DNA of 32,000 nt from Candidatus Syntropharchaeum caldarium (GCA_001766815.1 LYOS01000004.1:163610-195609); one strand, 5' to 3'. Positions 1-9,478 are shown, counted from the stretch's first letter. The notes: a model not told the origin generated them from the letters alone. A program made the numbers and translations.

Positions 1-977
1 CTGCCAGTCTCTGGCACATCAGAAAAACCCCATCTTCTCAGATCCTCTCTGATCACAAGATCCTCTCCTGCATAGAAGATTGCTCTCATGCCATACCTTC
101 TCGGCTTTTTGATCTCAAAGTCTTCACCCCTGCATGCCTTTACATGTGCGTGAAAGATGTTATCGCCTGTTGCAATCTCAAGCGCCTCAATCGTCCCCTG
201 AAATCTTGGATTAACCTCAATCACGAGAATATCATCTCCACTTATCACAAAATCAATGCCGTTTGACCCAATAAGCCCGAGTTCTACAACGATCTCCTCT
301 GCAATCTTACAGATCTGATCTTCAAGCGCTGTCTCGAGCGGGATAATATTTCCGCAATATGCAAATCTTGATGGTGCATTGAGCCATTCTATCCCGATCA
401 ACTGCTCGTTAACACAGTAGCTTGATACCTCGCCATCAGGGTTTGAGATGACCGATACACTTGCTGGAATCCCGTTGATATACTGCTGTATCAGATATTC
501 AGATGAGTCGATATCCAGTGCCTCAAGCTCTGATCTCTCACGGATAAAGATATTTTTTAGCCCCCCTCCTCCTCTGCGGGGTTTTAAGACTGCTGGAAAC
601 CTGATAGTATCTCTGTCATAGATCTCAGGATGTAAAAAACCCATTTCAATGACTTTTTTACCAAAATACTTTTTATCAGATACTTTCTGCATGAGTGCAG
701 GGCTATTTCCAATCACACGTCTGCTGAGCCTCTCATCGAGCCTGATTCCTTCACACCCTGACCCAATTATAATCCCATCGATCTCACGGTCGAGTCTGTC
801 AAGAAACGCTCCAACACCAAAGTCTTTTGCATCCTCATCAAGCAATGCGCTCGCTTCTACAATCTCCAGAAGATCGAGATCAAGGAAGTGATCCAGACAA
901 AAAACCCTGAACCCAGCATTCACCGCCGATTGTGCGATCTGCCTCGTGGTATATCCTACAATGAGGACTTCTTCCAT
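1..977 (-). CDS. ATP-grasp superfamily ligase (COG2232-like carboligase); 3' end runs off the window
   Basis: Absent from the ORF track because it has no stop in the window. My minus-strand translation from the ATG at 977 gives MEEVLIVGYTTRQIAQSAVNAGFRVF...FPAVLKPRRGGGGLKNIFI...LIQQYINGIPASVSVI...GSNGIDFVISGDDILVIEVNPRFQGT. This shows a Gly-rich loop and the E-V-N-P-R Mg-ATP motif typical of ATP-grasp enzymes. The start overlaps the pyrF 3' end by 22 nt. Confidence 0.6.
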   Translation of the reverse strand, partial: MEEVLIVGYTTRQIAQSAVNAGFRVFCLDHFLDLDLLEIVEASALLDEDAKDFGVGAFLDRLDREIDGIIIGSGCEGIRLDERLSRRVIGNSPALMQKVSDKKYFGKKVIEMGFLHPEIYDRDTIRFPAVLKPRRGGGGLKNIFIRERSELEALDIDSSEYLIQQYINGIPASVSVISNPDGEVSSYCVNEQLIGIEWLNAPSRFAYCGNIIPLETALEDQICKIAEEIVVELGLIGSNGIDFVISGDDILVIEVNPRFQGTIEALEIATGDNIFHAHVKACRGEDFEIKKPRRYGMRAIFYAGEDLVIREDLRRWGFSDVPETG

Positions 978-1639
978 CGCTCAATCATCTCATCATAGAT
1001 TTCAGTGGCTCTGTGTGCCGGGTCATCTGCTTCTGTGATCGCTCGCCCGACGACCTCATAGTCAGCACCCGCAAGAATTGCATCTCCGATTACGCCACCC
1101 TGTGCCCCAATACCTGGCGAGATCACATAGACATCGCTGGGCAGGATCTCTTTTAACTTTTTGATTCGATCTGGTTTTGTTGCAGGAAGCACCACTCCAT
1201 CCACGCCTATGTAGTTAAGATCCTTCGCAATCCGCTCTGCGGCATAATCCAGATAATCTGATGAGCCGGGGTGTGTCATCTCAACAACGACGATCAGATC
1301 GCCCATCTCAAGCTTTCTGATTGCGCTAATTACATCTCTGCCCACAAATCCCTGCACAATTACACAATCAGCACCTGAACGATATGCGATCGCTGCAATC
1401 CTTTCACTGATATGGGGTATGTCTGCGATCTTACCATCATAGATCAGGGGTAGACTTGTCGCAAGTTTTATCCGTTCGATCGCATGCCATCCAAGCTGCA
1501 TCTCACATGTCCTCCCGATCTTGATCGCAAAGTTACCTTTTGCATACTCAAGTTCTTCTGCAAGTTCAATTGCGACCGGCATATCTTCCATATCAAATGC
1601 GACAATAATACCGGGTTCATCACGTTTCAGGATTGACAT
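956..1639 (-). CDS. pyrF: orotidine 5'-phosphate decarboxylase
   Basis: 227 aa. Motifs IIVAFDM, YDGKIADIPHI (the D-x-K-x-x-D-I-P catalytic motif), GADCVIVQGF, VEMTHPGS, ISPGIGAQGG and VVGRAI are colinear with archaeal OMP decarboxylases. The ATG overlaps the stop of the upstream gene (TAATG). Confidence 0.8.
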   Translation of the reverse strand: MSILKRDEPGIIVAFDMEDMPVAIELAEELEYAKGNFAIKIGRTCEMQLGWHAIERIKLATSLPLIYDGKIADIPHISERIAAIAYRSGADCVIVQGFVGRDVISAIRKLEMGDLIVVVEMTHPGSSDYLDYAAERIAKDLNYIGVDGVVLPATKPDRIKKLKEILPSDVYVISPGIGAQGGVIGDAILAGADYEVVGRAITEADDPAHRATEIYDEMIERWKKSSL

Positions 1640-3048
1640 TATACACCACCAGATTTAATCCCAGCCTTCGCAAGAATTCCTCTCCCTGCAAGTACGCCTG
1701 TTGCCGATGCGTTGACGATATCCCGCGATAATCCTGAGCCATCACCTGCTGCAAACAGTCCTTCAATATTAGTCTCCATCTCTGGAGTGAGATCGAATTC
1801 CATTGCATAGAACTTGACCTCAGGCGCATAGAGAAGCGTGGAATCGGAAGCAACGCCAGGGATTATCTCGTTCAGCTTCTCAAGCCCTTCGATGATGTCC
1901 ATCGTGATCCTGTGTGGGAGTGCCATCGATATATCGCCTGGTGTCACGTCGTCGAGCGTATTCTGAACATTGTTTCCTCTTATTGACTTCCATGTGGAAC
2001 GTCTGCCACGCCGTAGATCTCCCATCCGCTGGAGCAGAGGTTTGCCGCCACCTATCGTTGTCGCAAGCTTCGATACCGATCTACCATATTTTGTTGTGTT
2101 TTCCAGTGGTTCTGTCAGCTCCAGTCGGACAAGGAACGCAAAGTTGGTGTTTTCAGATCGTTTGTTCTTCATGGAGTGACCATTCACGCCGATAAATCCT
2201 TCATAAGTCTCTTTCACAACAAAACCGTGTTCATTGGTGCAGAATGTTCTTGTAAAGTCATCATATCGCGCACTTCTGATATAGAACTTTGGATCGCGAT
2301 TGATCTTTGTAACAGGATCCATGATGATGGCTGGAACCTCCACCCTCACGCCGATGTCAATAGGAGCGTGATTTGCCCGAATATTATGTCTTACCACCAT
2401 ATCATTGATCCATGTCGCTCCAACTCTGCCTGGTGCGAGAAGCGTATACTTTGATAGGATACACGCGCCATCTTCAAGCTCAACCCCTTTGCATACACCA
2501 TCCTCAACGATGAGATCTGATACCGTTGTATTCAGTAAAAATTCAACCCCTCCCTCATCAAGATGGTTTTTGAAGTTCTGGATAACTCGCTGTGTATTGT
2601 CTGTTCCAATGTGACGCTGGATGATGTCAACAAACTTTGCACCAACCGATGCTGAGATCCGCTTCAACTCCTCGATCGCCTCAGCGCTCGCATTGGAAAG
2701 GGCTGATGGTGCACCAAACTTGAGAAAGATCCGATCCACATACTCGACAAGATCCCATGCATACGCCTCGCTTCCTGTCAGTTTTGCCAGATCTCCTCCA
2801 ATGTCAGGCCGTAAATTGAGCGTGCCATCAGAAAATGTCCCAGATCCACCAACACCGCACATTATGTCGCAGTGATCACATTCAAGACAGAATCCTTTGG
2901 TATTCATTGGACAGCGCCGTTTTGAAACGTCTTTGCCCATGTCTACGATCAATATTTTAAGGTCATGCCCCAGAAGTTCGTTTGCTGCAAAAAGTCCGGC
3001 AGGGCCTGCACCGATGATCAGTACATCAACTTCTTCTCTATTCATCAT
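1639..3048 (-). CDS. FAD-dependent dehydrogenase (COG2509-like, uncharacterized)
   Basis: 469 aa. N-terminal dinucleotide-binding motif VLIIGAGPAGLFAA, C-terminal GLFAAGDGSG motif, and a Cys cluster CPMNTKGFCLECDHCDIMCGVGG. Confidence 0.65.
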   Translation of the reverse strand: MMNREEVDVLIIGAGPAGLFAANELLGHDLKILIVDMGKDVSKRRCPMNTKGFCLECDHCDIMCGVGGSGTFSDGTLNLRPDIGGDLAKLTGSEAYAWDLVEYVDRIFLKFGAPSALSNASAEAIEELKRISASVGAKFVDIIQRHIGTDNTQRVIQNFKNHLDEGGVEFLLNTTVSDLIVEDGVCKGVELEDGACILSKYTLLAPGRVGATWINDMVVRHNIRANHAPIDIGVRVEVPAIIMDPVTKINRDPKFYIRSARYDDFTRTFCTNEHGFVVKETYEGFIGVNGHSMKNKRSENTNFAFLVRLELTEPLENTTKYGRSVSKLATTIGGGKPLLQRMGDLRRGRRSTWKSIRGNNVQNTLDDVTPGDISMALPHRITMDIIEGLEKLNEIIPGVASDSTLLYAPEVKFYAMEFDLTPEMETNIEGLFAAGDGSGLSRDIVNASATGVLAGRGILAKAGIKSGGV

Positions 3049-3134
3049 GCCACTAAGTTTTATTTAGATCTATCTTATAAACGTTACACATCAAAAAGGG
3101 TAATTCATGTATAAATTCAGAGATGGGGTGAATC

Positions 3135-4337
3135 TTGATGAAAAAATATAATGGGATGGATGATATTCCACATCGTGGGAAGACGGTACTTGTAAGGGTG
3201 GATGTAAACTCCCCAATGGGTAAAAACAACGAGATTTTAGATGATAGGCGATTTAAACTACATTTGCCAACGTTAAATGAGTTAAAAGATGCAAAAACTG
3301 TTTTGATTGCACATCAGAGCAGGGCCGGCAAACCTGACTTCACCACAATGGAGGCGCATGCTGCACACTTCACCGAACTTCTCGGACGCGAGGTTCTTTA
3401 TGTCGAAGATATATTTGGGAGTGAAGCACGCTCAAAGATAGGGAAAATGGATGATGGTGATGTTCTGATGCTTGAGAATGTTCGCTTCTTTGCAGAAGAG
3501 ACGCTTACACGAACCGCACAGGAGCATTCACGATCACATATGGTAAGAAAGCTCGCTCCACTCTGCGATCTCTTCATAAACGACGCTTTCTCGGTTGCCC
3601 ACCGTGCGCATCTTTCTGTTATTGGGTTTACAGCAGTTTTACCGTCTATAGCAGGCAGATTGATGGAGAAAGAGATCGAAGCGCTTGATAAAGCACTTGT
3701 GGATATAAAAAGACCCGCTGTATTTGTGCTTGGTGGCGTGAAAGCACCTGACTCGATCGATGTGGCCCTAAATGTCCTTAAAAGCGGTGCCGCAGATTAT
3801 GTTATATTTACCGGTATTCTTGCAAACATATTCCTCATGGCGTCGGGTATTGAGATAGGAGATGTAAATTCAGATTTTATCGAGAAACTTGGGTATCGGG
3901 GCGAGGTGGATAGGGCAAAAGAGATCCTGAAAAACTTTAAAGATAAAATCCTGCTTCCAGAGGATCTCGCTGTTCTGGGCGCAGATGAAAGACGGGTTGA
4001 ATATCCGGTCAATGATCTGGACCCTGGTCTCCCAATCTTTGATATCGGTTCAGGTTCAATCGAGCGCTTTGGTGAAATTATTCGATCATCTGCCACGGTT
4101 GTTATGAATGGTCCTGCTGGTAAATTTGAGGAAAAGGAGTTTGCAGCAGGGACAGAAGCGCTTCTCAGGGCCGCAACCTCATCGAAGTTCAGTATAATAG
4201 GTGGCGGGCATATATCTGCGGTCGTTGATGAGCTCGGGTTGGCTGAAGAGATCTCACACATCTCAAGTGGCGGCGGAGCGTGTCTCCGTTATCTTGCGGG
4301 TGAGAGCTTGCCTGGTATAGAGGCTTTGATAAAATGA
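3135..4337 (+). CDS. pgk: phosphoglycerate kinase (archaeal type)
   Basis: 400 aa. GKTVLVRVDVNSP, LENVRFF, FINDAFSVAHRAH and IIGGGHISA motifs. The track start is a TTG at 3135. The ATG at 3138 lies 6 nt after a GGGGTGA SD and is the more likely start. Confidence 0.9.
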   Translation: MMKKYNGMDDIPHRGKTVLVRVDVNSPMGKNNEILDDRRFKLHLPTLNELKDAKTVLIAHQSRAGKPDFTTMEAHAAHFTELLGREVLYVEDIFGSEARSKIGKMDDGDVLMLENVRFFAEETLTRTAQEHSRSHMVRKLAPLCDLFINDAFSVAHRAHLSVIGFTAVLPSIAGRLMEKEIEALDKALVDIKRPAVFVLGGVKAPDSIDVALNVLKSGAADYVIFTGILANIFLMASGIEIGDVNSDFIEKLGYRGEVDRAKEILKNFKDKILLPEDLAVLGADERRVEYPVNDLDPGLPIFDIGSGSIERFGEIIRSSATVVMNGPAGKFEEKEFAAGTEALLRAATSSKFSIIGGGHISAVVDELGLAEEISHISSGGGACLRYLAGESLPGIEALIK

Positions 4338-5641
4338 CGCTGATTACCGATGCAATGGCAGAATCATCTGCACCCAAAGACCCGGTGATCATCGAGGTTG
4401 CGAGGATGGAGAATCTGGAGCCGCAAGATCTTGCAAGACTCATTGCACGTGGTAGAGTCGTAATTCCTGCAAATGTAAACCGTGACATAAATGCCAGGAT
4501 CGAGTCGGGCGGGATGCGTGCAGTTGGTGAGCGCGTCTCAACCAAGATCAATGCAAACATCGGGACATCGAAGGATTATATCAATTTCGATGATGAGATC
4601 AGGAAGGCGGAGACCGCTGTTAAATATGGTGCTGATGCTGTCATGGATCTCTCAACCGGCGGTGAGTACGGGGTTGTACGAAGAGAGATACTTAAGAAGT
4701 TGTCTGTTCCAATTGGAACCGTACCGATCTATGATGCATGTCGCAGAAGTAAAACGATCGTCGATACCTCATCCGATGATATGTTCAACGCTGTGCGTGA
4801 GCACGCAAAGGATGGTGTGGACTTTGTAACGATCCATGCAGGCGTGAATCTGAATACACTTGAGCGGCTCAAAAAATCAAAACGAGTTCTGGATGTTGTA
4901 AGCAGGGGTGGCGCATTTACGATCGCATGGATGGTGCATAATGAACGTGAAAATCCATTTTATGCAGAGTTCGATTATCTTCTTGAGATTGCAAACGAGT
5001 TTGATCTTACGATAAGTCTCGGTGACGGGATGAGATCGGGTTGTACCCATGACGCCACGGATCGTGCGAAGTTCGCTGAATATATCGCGCTTGGTGAGCT
5101 TGTTTCGCGTTCAAGATCTCGTGGTGTTCAGGCGATCGTTGAGGGCCCAGGACATGTTCCACTTGATGAGATAAGTGTCAATGTTCAGGCGATGAAACAT
5201 CTGACAGATCATGCTCCACTGTATCTGCTCGGCCCGCTTGTAACCGATCTTGGTGGTGGCTATGATCATATAACTGCTGCAATCGGTGGGGCCGTTGCCG
5301 GTATGCATGGTGCTGATTTTCTCTGTATGACAACACCCTCCGAGCACTTTGCACTTCCCACAGAAGATGACATCAGGGAGGCGACGGTTGTGACCAGGAT
5401 CGCAGCACATGTTGTTGATACGGTGAAAGAAGGCGTGCGTGATGCTGCAAGAATGCGGGAAGATGAGATGGCCGATGCACGACGAAACCTCGACTGGGAG
5501 CGTCAGTTCAAACTCCTGATCAATCCAGAAAGAGCGCGTGCTATGTATGAGAAGCGGCCATCAAATGATCATGAGACCTGCTCGATGTGCGGCGACCTCT
5601 GTGCGATAAAGATTGTGAAGGATGTTTTAAGTGGCGAGTGA
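4334..5641 (+). CDS. thiC: phosphomethylpyrimidine synthase
   Basis: 435 aa. GDGMRSGC, VEGPGHVPL and LGPLVTD motifs, and a C-terminal CSMCGDLCAIK Fe-S motif characteristic of ThiC. Its ATG overlaps the pgk stop (ATGA). Confidence 0.92.
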   Translation: MTLITDAMAESSAPKDPVIIEVARMENLEPQDLARLIARGRVVIPANVNRDINARIESGGMRAVGERVSTKINANIGTSKDYINFDDEIRKAETAVKYGADAVMDLSTGGEYGVVRREILKKLSVPIGTVPIYDACRRSKTIVDTSSDDMFNAVREHAKDGVDFVTIHAGVNLNTLERLKKSKRVLDVVSRGGAFTIAWMVHNERENPFYAEFDYLLEIANEFDLTISLGDGMRSGCTHDATDRAKFAEYIALGELVSRSRSRGVQAIVEGPGHVPLDEISVNVQAMKHLTDHAPLYLLGPLVTDLGGGYDHITAAIGGAVAGMHGADFLCMTTPSEHFALPTEDDIREATVVTRIAAHVVDTVKEGVRDAARMREDEMADARRNLDWERQFKLLINPERARAMYEKRPSNDHETCSMCGDLCAIKIVKDVLSGE

Positions 5642-5646
5642 ATAGT

Positions 5647-5895
5647 TTAGAATATCCCGATAAACTGGTGGAGTAAGATGACGATCGCCGCACCAATGAT
5701 GCCACCGATTGCACAGATCAGTAGAACAATCCATGAATATGTGATATTCAGCCCAAAGAGGATGTTTGCAGCCAGGAGAACAAGCAAACCCATGATTGAA
5801 TTCACAACGATCTGCTTGACTGCCTTGAAGACGTGATAGACCACAATGATCATCACGAGCAGCGCGAGAAGTATAAACAGCTCTGTCAGCACCAA
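5647..5895 (-). CDS. small integral membrane protein, BofA-like
   Basis: 82 aa and almost entirely hydrophobic, with about three TM segments. The pattern NSIMGLLVLLAANILFGLNI...AIGGIIGAAIVILL resembles the BofA small-membrane-protein family. No catalytic motifs. Confidence 0.4.
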   Translation of the reverse strand: MVLTELFILLALLVMIIVVYHVFKAVKQIVVNSIMGLLVLLAANILFGLNITYSWIVLLICAIGGIIGAAIVILLHQFIGIF

Positions 5896-5903
5896 ACCTC
5901 ACC

Positions 5904-6647
5904 TCAAGATACTTCACGACCCAGACGCTTAAGAAAGTTTTCGTAACTGTATCTGAATACCTCTTCCTCAGGATCAAGTTCTATCGCTTTTTCAAAGAGC
6001 GTTCTGGCATCTTCAAACTCCTCCATCTCCGTCAAAAAAACCGCATAGTTGTGGAGTATCACTGCATCCTCTGGAATAAGTTTAAGAAGGCGCTGATACT
6101 CCTTTCTTGCCTCTTCAAACTGCCCGGTATGCTTAAACAACTCAACAAGAAAGTGATGCGCATTGAGATCCAGTGGTTGATCTTCAAGGATTGCTTTAAA
6201 AATCTTCTCTGCATTATCAGCGTTTTTAGCGGCATTCTTGTAGATGACATACGCTGGTACATGCAGATCTGCAAGATACAGCTTCACAAGGTTTTTTGAA
6301 TCGTCATCTGTAGCTCCCGTGCGGATAATCTCTTTGAACCTGCCATACATGACTCCAATGAAGATTCCCTCCAGTTCATCCACCTCTACTCCGATTTCAC
6401 ACTCATCGAGAAAGTATTCAGAGAGTCCAAGAGACTCGATTAGTTCATGCGAGTCCATACCTTCCTCCTCAGGAAAGTACTGCTCAATAAACCACGGGGC
6501 AAACCTGTTGAATGCAGACTCACATGCCGCGCCGCTCTCGAAAACAAGCGAATCTGTCCCGAAAAACTCCGTGAATGCAGCGTAAAAAAAGGCGTTTGCA
6601 ACCTGTTTCATATTTACATCATCAAATTCGTGCATAAAATCCTCCAT
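5904..6647 (-). CDS. TPR repeat protein
   Basis: 247 aa. The C-terminal half has three or four tandem 34-residue helical repeats with TPR-like A/F/Y/L spacing (EKIFKAILEDQPLDLNAHHFLVELF..., EEARKEYQRLLKLIPEDAV..., EDARTLFEKAIELDPEEE). Confidence 0.55.
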   Translation of the reverse strand: MEDFMHEFDDVNMKQVANAFFYAAFTEFFGTDSLVFESGAACESAFNRFAPWFIEQYFPEEEGMDSHELIESLGLSEYFLDECEIGVEVDELEGIFIGVMYGRFKEIIRTGATDDDSKNLVKLYLADLHVPAYVIYKNAAKNADNAEKIFKAILEDQPLDLNAHHFLVELFKHTGQFEEARKEYQRLLKLIPEDAVILHNYAVFLTEMEEFEDARTLFEKAIELDPEEEVFRYSYENFLKRLGREVS

Positions 6648-6770
6648 TCCTATTATGACCTTCCTGTATATATTGGCTTTCCCTCATAGCAACAGGATGA
6701 AATCGTTAAGTTTAAGTAGAATCCGCCTGAATAATACTTACCTATAACGGCGTGATTAAGGTGGAGGAAG

Positions 6771-7106
6771 ATGATACCAGAACAGATCAATCCACATCTC
6801 TGCACAGGATGCGGAGCGTGTGAACTTGCATGTAGTTTCTACAGGGATGAAGTATTTACGACAATGAGATCGAGTATAATGCTCTTTCGAGAGGAGAAGA
6901 AGAATTACTTTGGGGTTGCTGTCAAGGTAACGGATGATGTAATTGCAGGAGTCCCAACAGGCTCACAACTTGCGAGCGAGCGTGAATCAACCGGTGGAGG
7001 CGGATCTGCGAAGCCCATTCTCATGCGAGAGGAATGTGACGACTGTGGTGGTGGCGACCCGCTCTGTGTTAAATTCTGCCCAACAGGGGCATTGAGAGGT
7101 GAATGA
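6771..7106 (+). CDS. 2x[4Fe-4S] ferredoxin-like subunit with an insertion
   Basis: 111 aa. Contains CTGCGACELAC (CxxCxxCxxxC) and CDDCGGGDPLCVKFCP. Strong SD AAGGTGGAGG upstream. Its stop overlaps the start region of the next gene. Confidence 0.75.
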   Translation: MIPEQINPHLCTGCGACELACSFYRDEVFTTMRSSIMLFREEKKNYFGVAVKVTDDVIAGVPTGSQLASERESTGGGGSAKPILMREECDDCGGGDPLCVKFCPTGALRGE

Positions 7107-8325
7107 GATGGACTATATGTATTCAGGTTTGATCGCTGTAATCGATCTCGAGTCAGAAGAGGTTGAAGAGGTTGAGCTCGAAGAGGATTTCATCAGGGAG
7201 CATCTTGGTGGTGCTTCTGCAAATCTTGCGCTATACGAAGAGTACAGTGAGGATAACCCGATAATTCTTGGAACTGGAATCCTTACGGGATCCCTCGCAT
7301 CGGGATCTTCACTTGGCGTGATGACGGCAAAGAGTCCGCTCACAGGAGAGATCCAGCATGCACCATTTGTATGGTTCACTGGCCCCGAGCTTAAGTTCAC
7401 GGGCTTTGACTTTGTTGTCATAAAGGGCGTGGCAGCTGATCCAGTATATCTGTGGATACATGATGAGATCGTGGATATAAACAGTGCGGGAGATCTCTGG
7501 GGGATGGATACGTGGGGCGTTGTGGATCACATCAGAGATGAGCAGGGTGAGGAGCGAGTTCAGGTGCTTGCCATAGGTGCTGCAGGTGAGAATAAACTTC
7601 CATACGCACAGGTTACCAATAATTACTGGGTAAGCGGTGATTTTGCAGGTTTTGGCGCTATTTTTGGTGAGAAAAATCTCAAAGCGGTTGCATTCAGGGG
7701 TATGGGTGAGGTTGATATCGCAGATCCTGAAGGGTTTGTGGAAAAAGCTGCCAGCTTGCTTGATAGCGCGAAAGCAGATATTGACGGTCGAAAGGGGCCT
7801 GAATGGATTGTAGAAAAGGCCGGGTATGATATCAATGGCATTGAGAGCTTTGTACACCGATATGATGCCTGTTTTAACTGTCCGTATCCCTGTCAGACGT
7901 TTGTGAAGTACAACGAAGATCCCAAAACAATGGATAGAGGTGTTGATGAACCAGGTGTACTCATCACGGAACTTTCTGGACTTTCAACCATTTCACAGAA
8001 GCTATCGATGGAGGAAAGTCTCAGAGCAATCGAGAAATGCGCAAGATTAGGTTTGAATCCTGCTGTAGCTGGGGCACTCATCGATACCCTGGCTGATCTT
8101 GAGACGATCGCATCGAGCGAGGCTGAGATCGGTGGCGTGGCAGGAGGCAGTTTCATACCAGAGATAGGTACAGGAGGTAAGGTCGGGCTTGTACTTGGCA
8201 TATGTCCAGTACTGATGCTTCTTGTTCCAGCAATTGATAAGGCGAGTCTGGTTGAGCTTGTCAATCTCGGCTGTGACTGGGATCTTACTGTTGAGGAACT
8301 TGATGAGGTTGTAGATCGGCTCTGA
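7099..8325 (+). CDS. aldehyde:ferredoxin oxidoreductase (AOR)-family protein, strongly shortened C-terminal domains
   Basis: 408 aa. The first ~200 aa are colinear with the AOR N-terminal domain (GGASANLALY, ILGTGILTGS, GVMTAKSPLTG, GFDFVVIKG, LAIGAAGEN, NLKAVAFRG). It retains the AOR cluster motif CFNCPYPC (CxxCxxxC) and remnants RLGLNPAVAG and VLGICP. Canonical AORs are about 600 aa. The track start is a GTG at 7099. The ATG at 7108 lies 4-5 nt after a GAGAGGTGA SD and is the likelier start. Confidence 0.7.
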   Translation: MNEMDYMYSGLIAVIDLESEEVEEVELEEDFIREHLGGASANLALYEEYSEDNPIILGTGILTGSLASGSSLGVMTAKSPLTGEIQHAPFVWFTGPELKFTGFDFVVIKGVAADPVYLWIHDEIVDINSAGDLWGMDTWGVVDHIRDEQGEERVQVLAIGAAGENKLPYAQVTNNYWVSGDFAGFGAIFGEKNLKAVAFRGMGEVDIADPEGFVEKAASLLDSAKADIDGRKGPEWIVEKAGYDINGIESFVHRYDACFNCPYPCQTFVKYNEDPKTMDRGVDEPGVLITELSGLSTISQKLSMEESLRAIEKCARLGLNPAVAGALIDTLADLETIASSEAEIGGVAGGSFIPEIGTGGKVGLVLGICPVLMLLVPAIDKASLVELVNLGCDWDLTVEELDEVVDRL

Positions 8326-8338
8326 GTCTGATATATCG

Positions 8339-9478
8339 ATGTATCCGCCACGTATAGGTATCTATGTGGGAGAGGGTGCATCCCACTCATGGATCTGGTT
8401 TGTAGATACGCTGGAGCGTGCAGGGATCTTAAACATCGTGTTTCTTGATGAGAGAAACTGGATGGATATGCTCAGAGCGCTGGACATTCTGATGATCGGC
8501 GGTGGTGATCCCTGTACAATCCAGAAAACACTCGGTAATTACGGACTTGGAAGTATTCTTGAGTTCATCGATGGTGGTGGAATTTATATCGGTTCGTGCG
8601 CTGGTGCATATCTTCCCTTGCGATCGTTTGGCAGGTGCTCTTCGATCTTTGGCGTGGTTGAGGCTGATCTTCAAAACCTCTCAGGTGATGGCAGGGTGTT
8701 CCATCCTGTGCGGGGTCCAATCAGGATCAGAATGAGGGATGAGGTCTTTGATGCGCCACTTTATGGTGGTCCGTCGATCGCTGCTTCAGAGGACATAGAT
8801 GTGCTTGCCTCGTATGATGGCTTTACAGAGAGGACGAGCTTTCTCTCAGATAGGTTTGTGGCAGAGGAGAAACTCATCGGTAATGCAGCCATCATCAGAA
8901 AACGATATGGGGAGGGTGTTTTTTACCTCTATGGGCCCCATCTTGAGCATCCTGATCATTTACTGGCAAACAGAGTGATGATAGAAACGATTGCATCAAG
9001 AAGGGGGAGAGAGTCTGGAGCTTTCAAAGAGGTGGAGGGAAATGTCATTGATCAAAGATGGCTTCGTCGCCTCAAAAGAGAGATCAGTAACGCAAGAATT
9101 GTTGCTCACGGGCTTGAAACATATCCCGTGCGGTGGAAGCTTGGATATAAGATCTGGAATCCAGAAAAGATTGCCTACTTCTTGAACGCAATCTGGAAAA
9201 GACTTGGATACATCGAATCAAGAATTGATGAGGGGATCGCGATGGATTCTGATCCTGATGAGTTTATCAACTCTGCCGCCGATGTAACCGCCTCACTCAA
9301 GCAACTCAGAAGGATGCTTGGGCATGGAGAGGATACAACAGAACTTGCAGCAACGCTATTTCACGATCTTAAAATGCTTACATCGAGTTTTCTCCTGATC
9401 TATCTGGAGGATAAAATGCGAAAATTTAAATATGATAAATTAGAGGTGAGAGACGATGGTGAACGAAGTTTATTTTAA
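8339..9478 (+). CDS. class-I glutamine-amidotransferase-like (BPL_N-type) domain protein with unknown C-terminal helical domain
   Basis: 379 aa. The N-terminal ~200 aa read IGIYVGEGASHSW...ILMIGGGDP...FIDGGGIYIGSCAGAYLPL, a nucleophile-elbow Cys in the G-x-C-A-G context. I recognise nothing in the C-terminal ~170 aa. Confidence 0.45.
   Translation: MYPPRIGIYVGEGASHSWIWFVDTLERAGILNIVFLDERNWMDMLRALDILMIGGGDPCTIQKTLGNYGLGSILEFIDGGGIYIGSCAGAYLPLRSFGRCSSIFGVVEADLQNLSGDGRVFHPVRGPIRIRMRDEVFDAPLYGGPSIAASEDIDVLASYDGFTERTSFLSDRFVAEEKLIGNAAIIRKRYGEGVFYLYGPHLEHPDHLLANRVMIETIASRRGRESGAFKEVEGNVIDQRWLRRLKREISNARIVAHGLETYPVRWKLGYKIWNPEKIAYFLNAIWKRLGYIESRIDEGIAMDSDPDEFINSAADVTASLKQLRRMLGHGEDTTELAATLFHDLKMLTSSFLLIYLEDKMRKFKYDKLEVRDDGERSLF

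Noticed and set aside
4334-4337. pgk-thiC ATGA overlap as evidence of a functional link
   Set aside because: Four-nucleotide overlaps are common packing in compact archaeal genomes. The two enzymes belong to unrelated, well-understood pathways.
7099-9478. Short AOR-like ORF plus the following ORF, considered as a frameshifted or split AOR pseudogene
   Set aside because: The downstream 379-aa ORF has a GATase1/BPL_N-like N-terminus and no similarity to AOR domains 2 and 3. AOR remnants (LGLN, GICP, the C-terminal helix) lie inside the 408-aa ORF itself.
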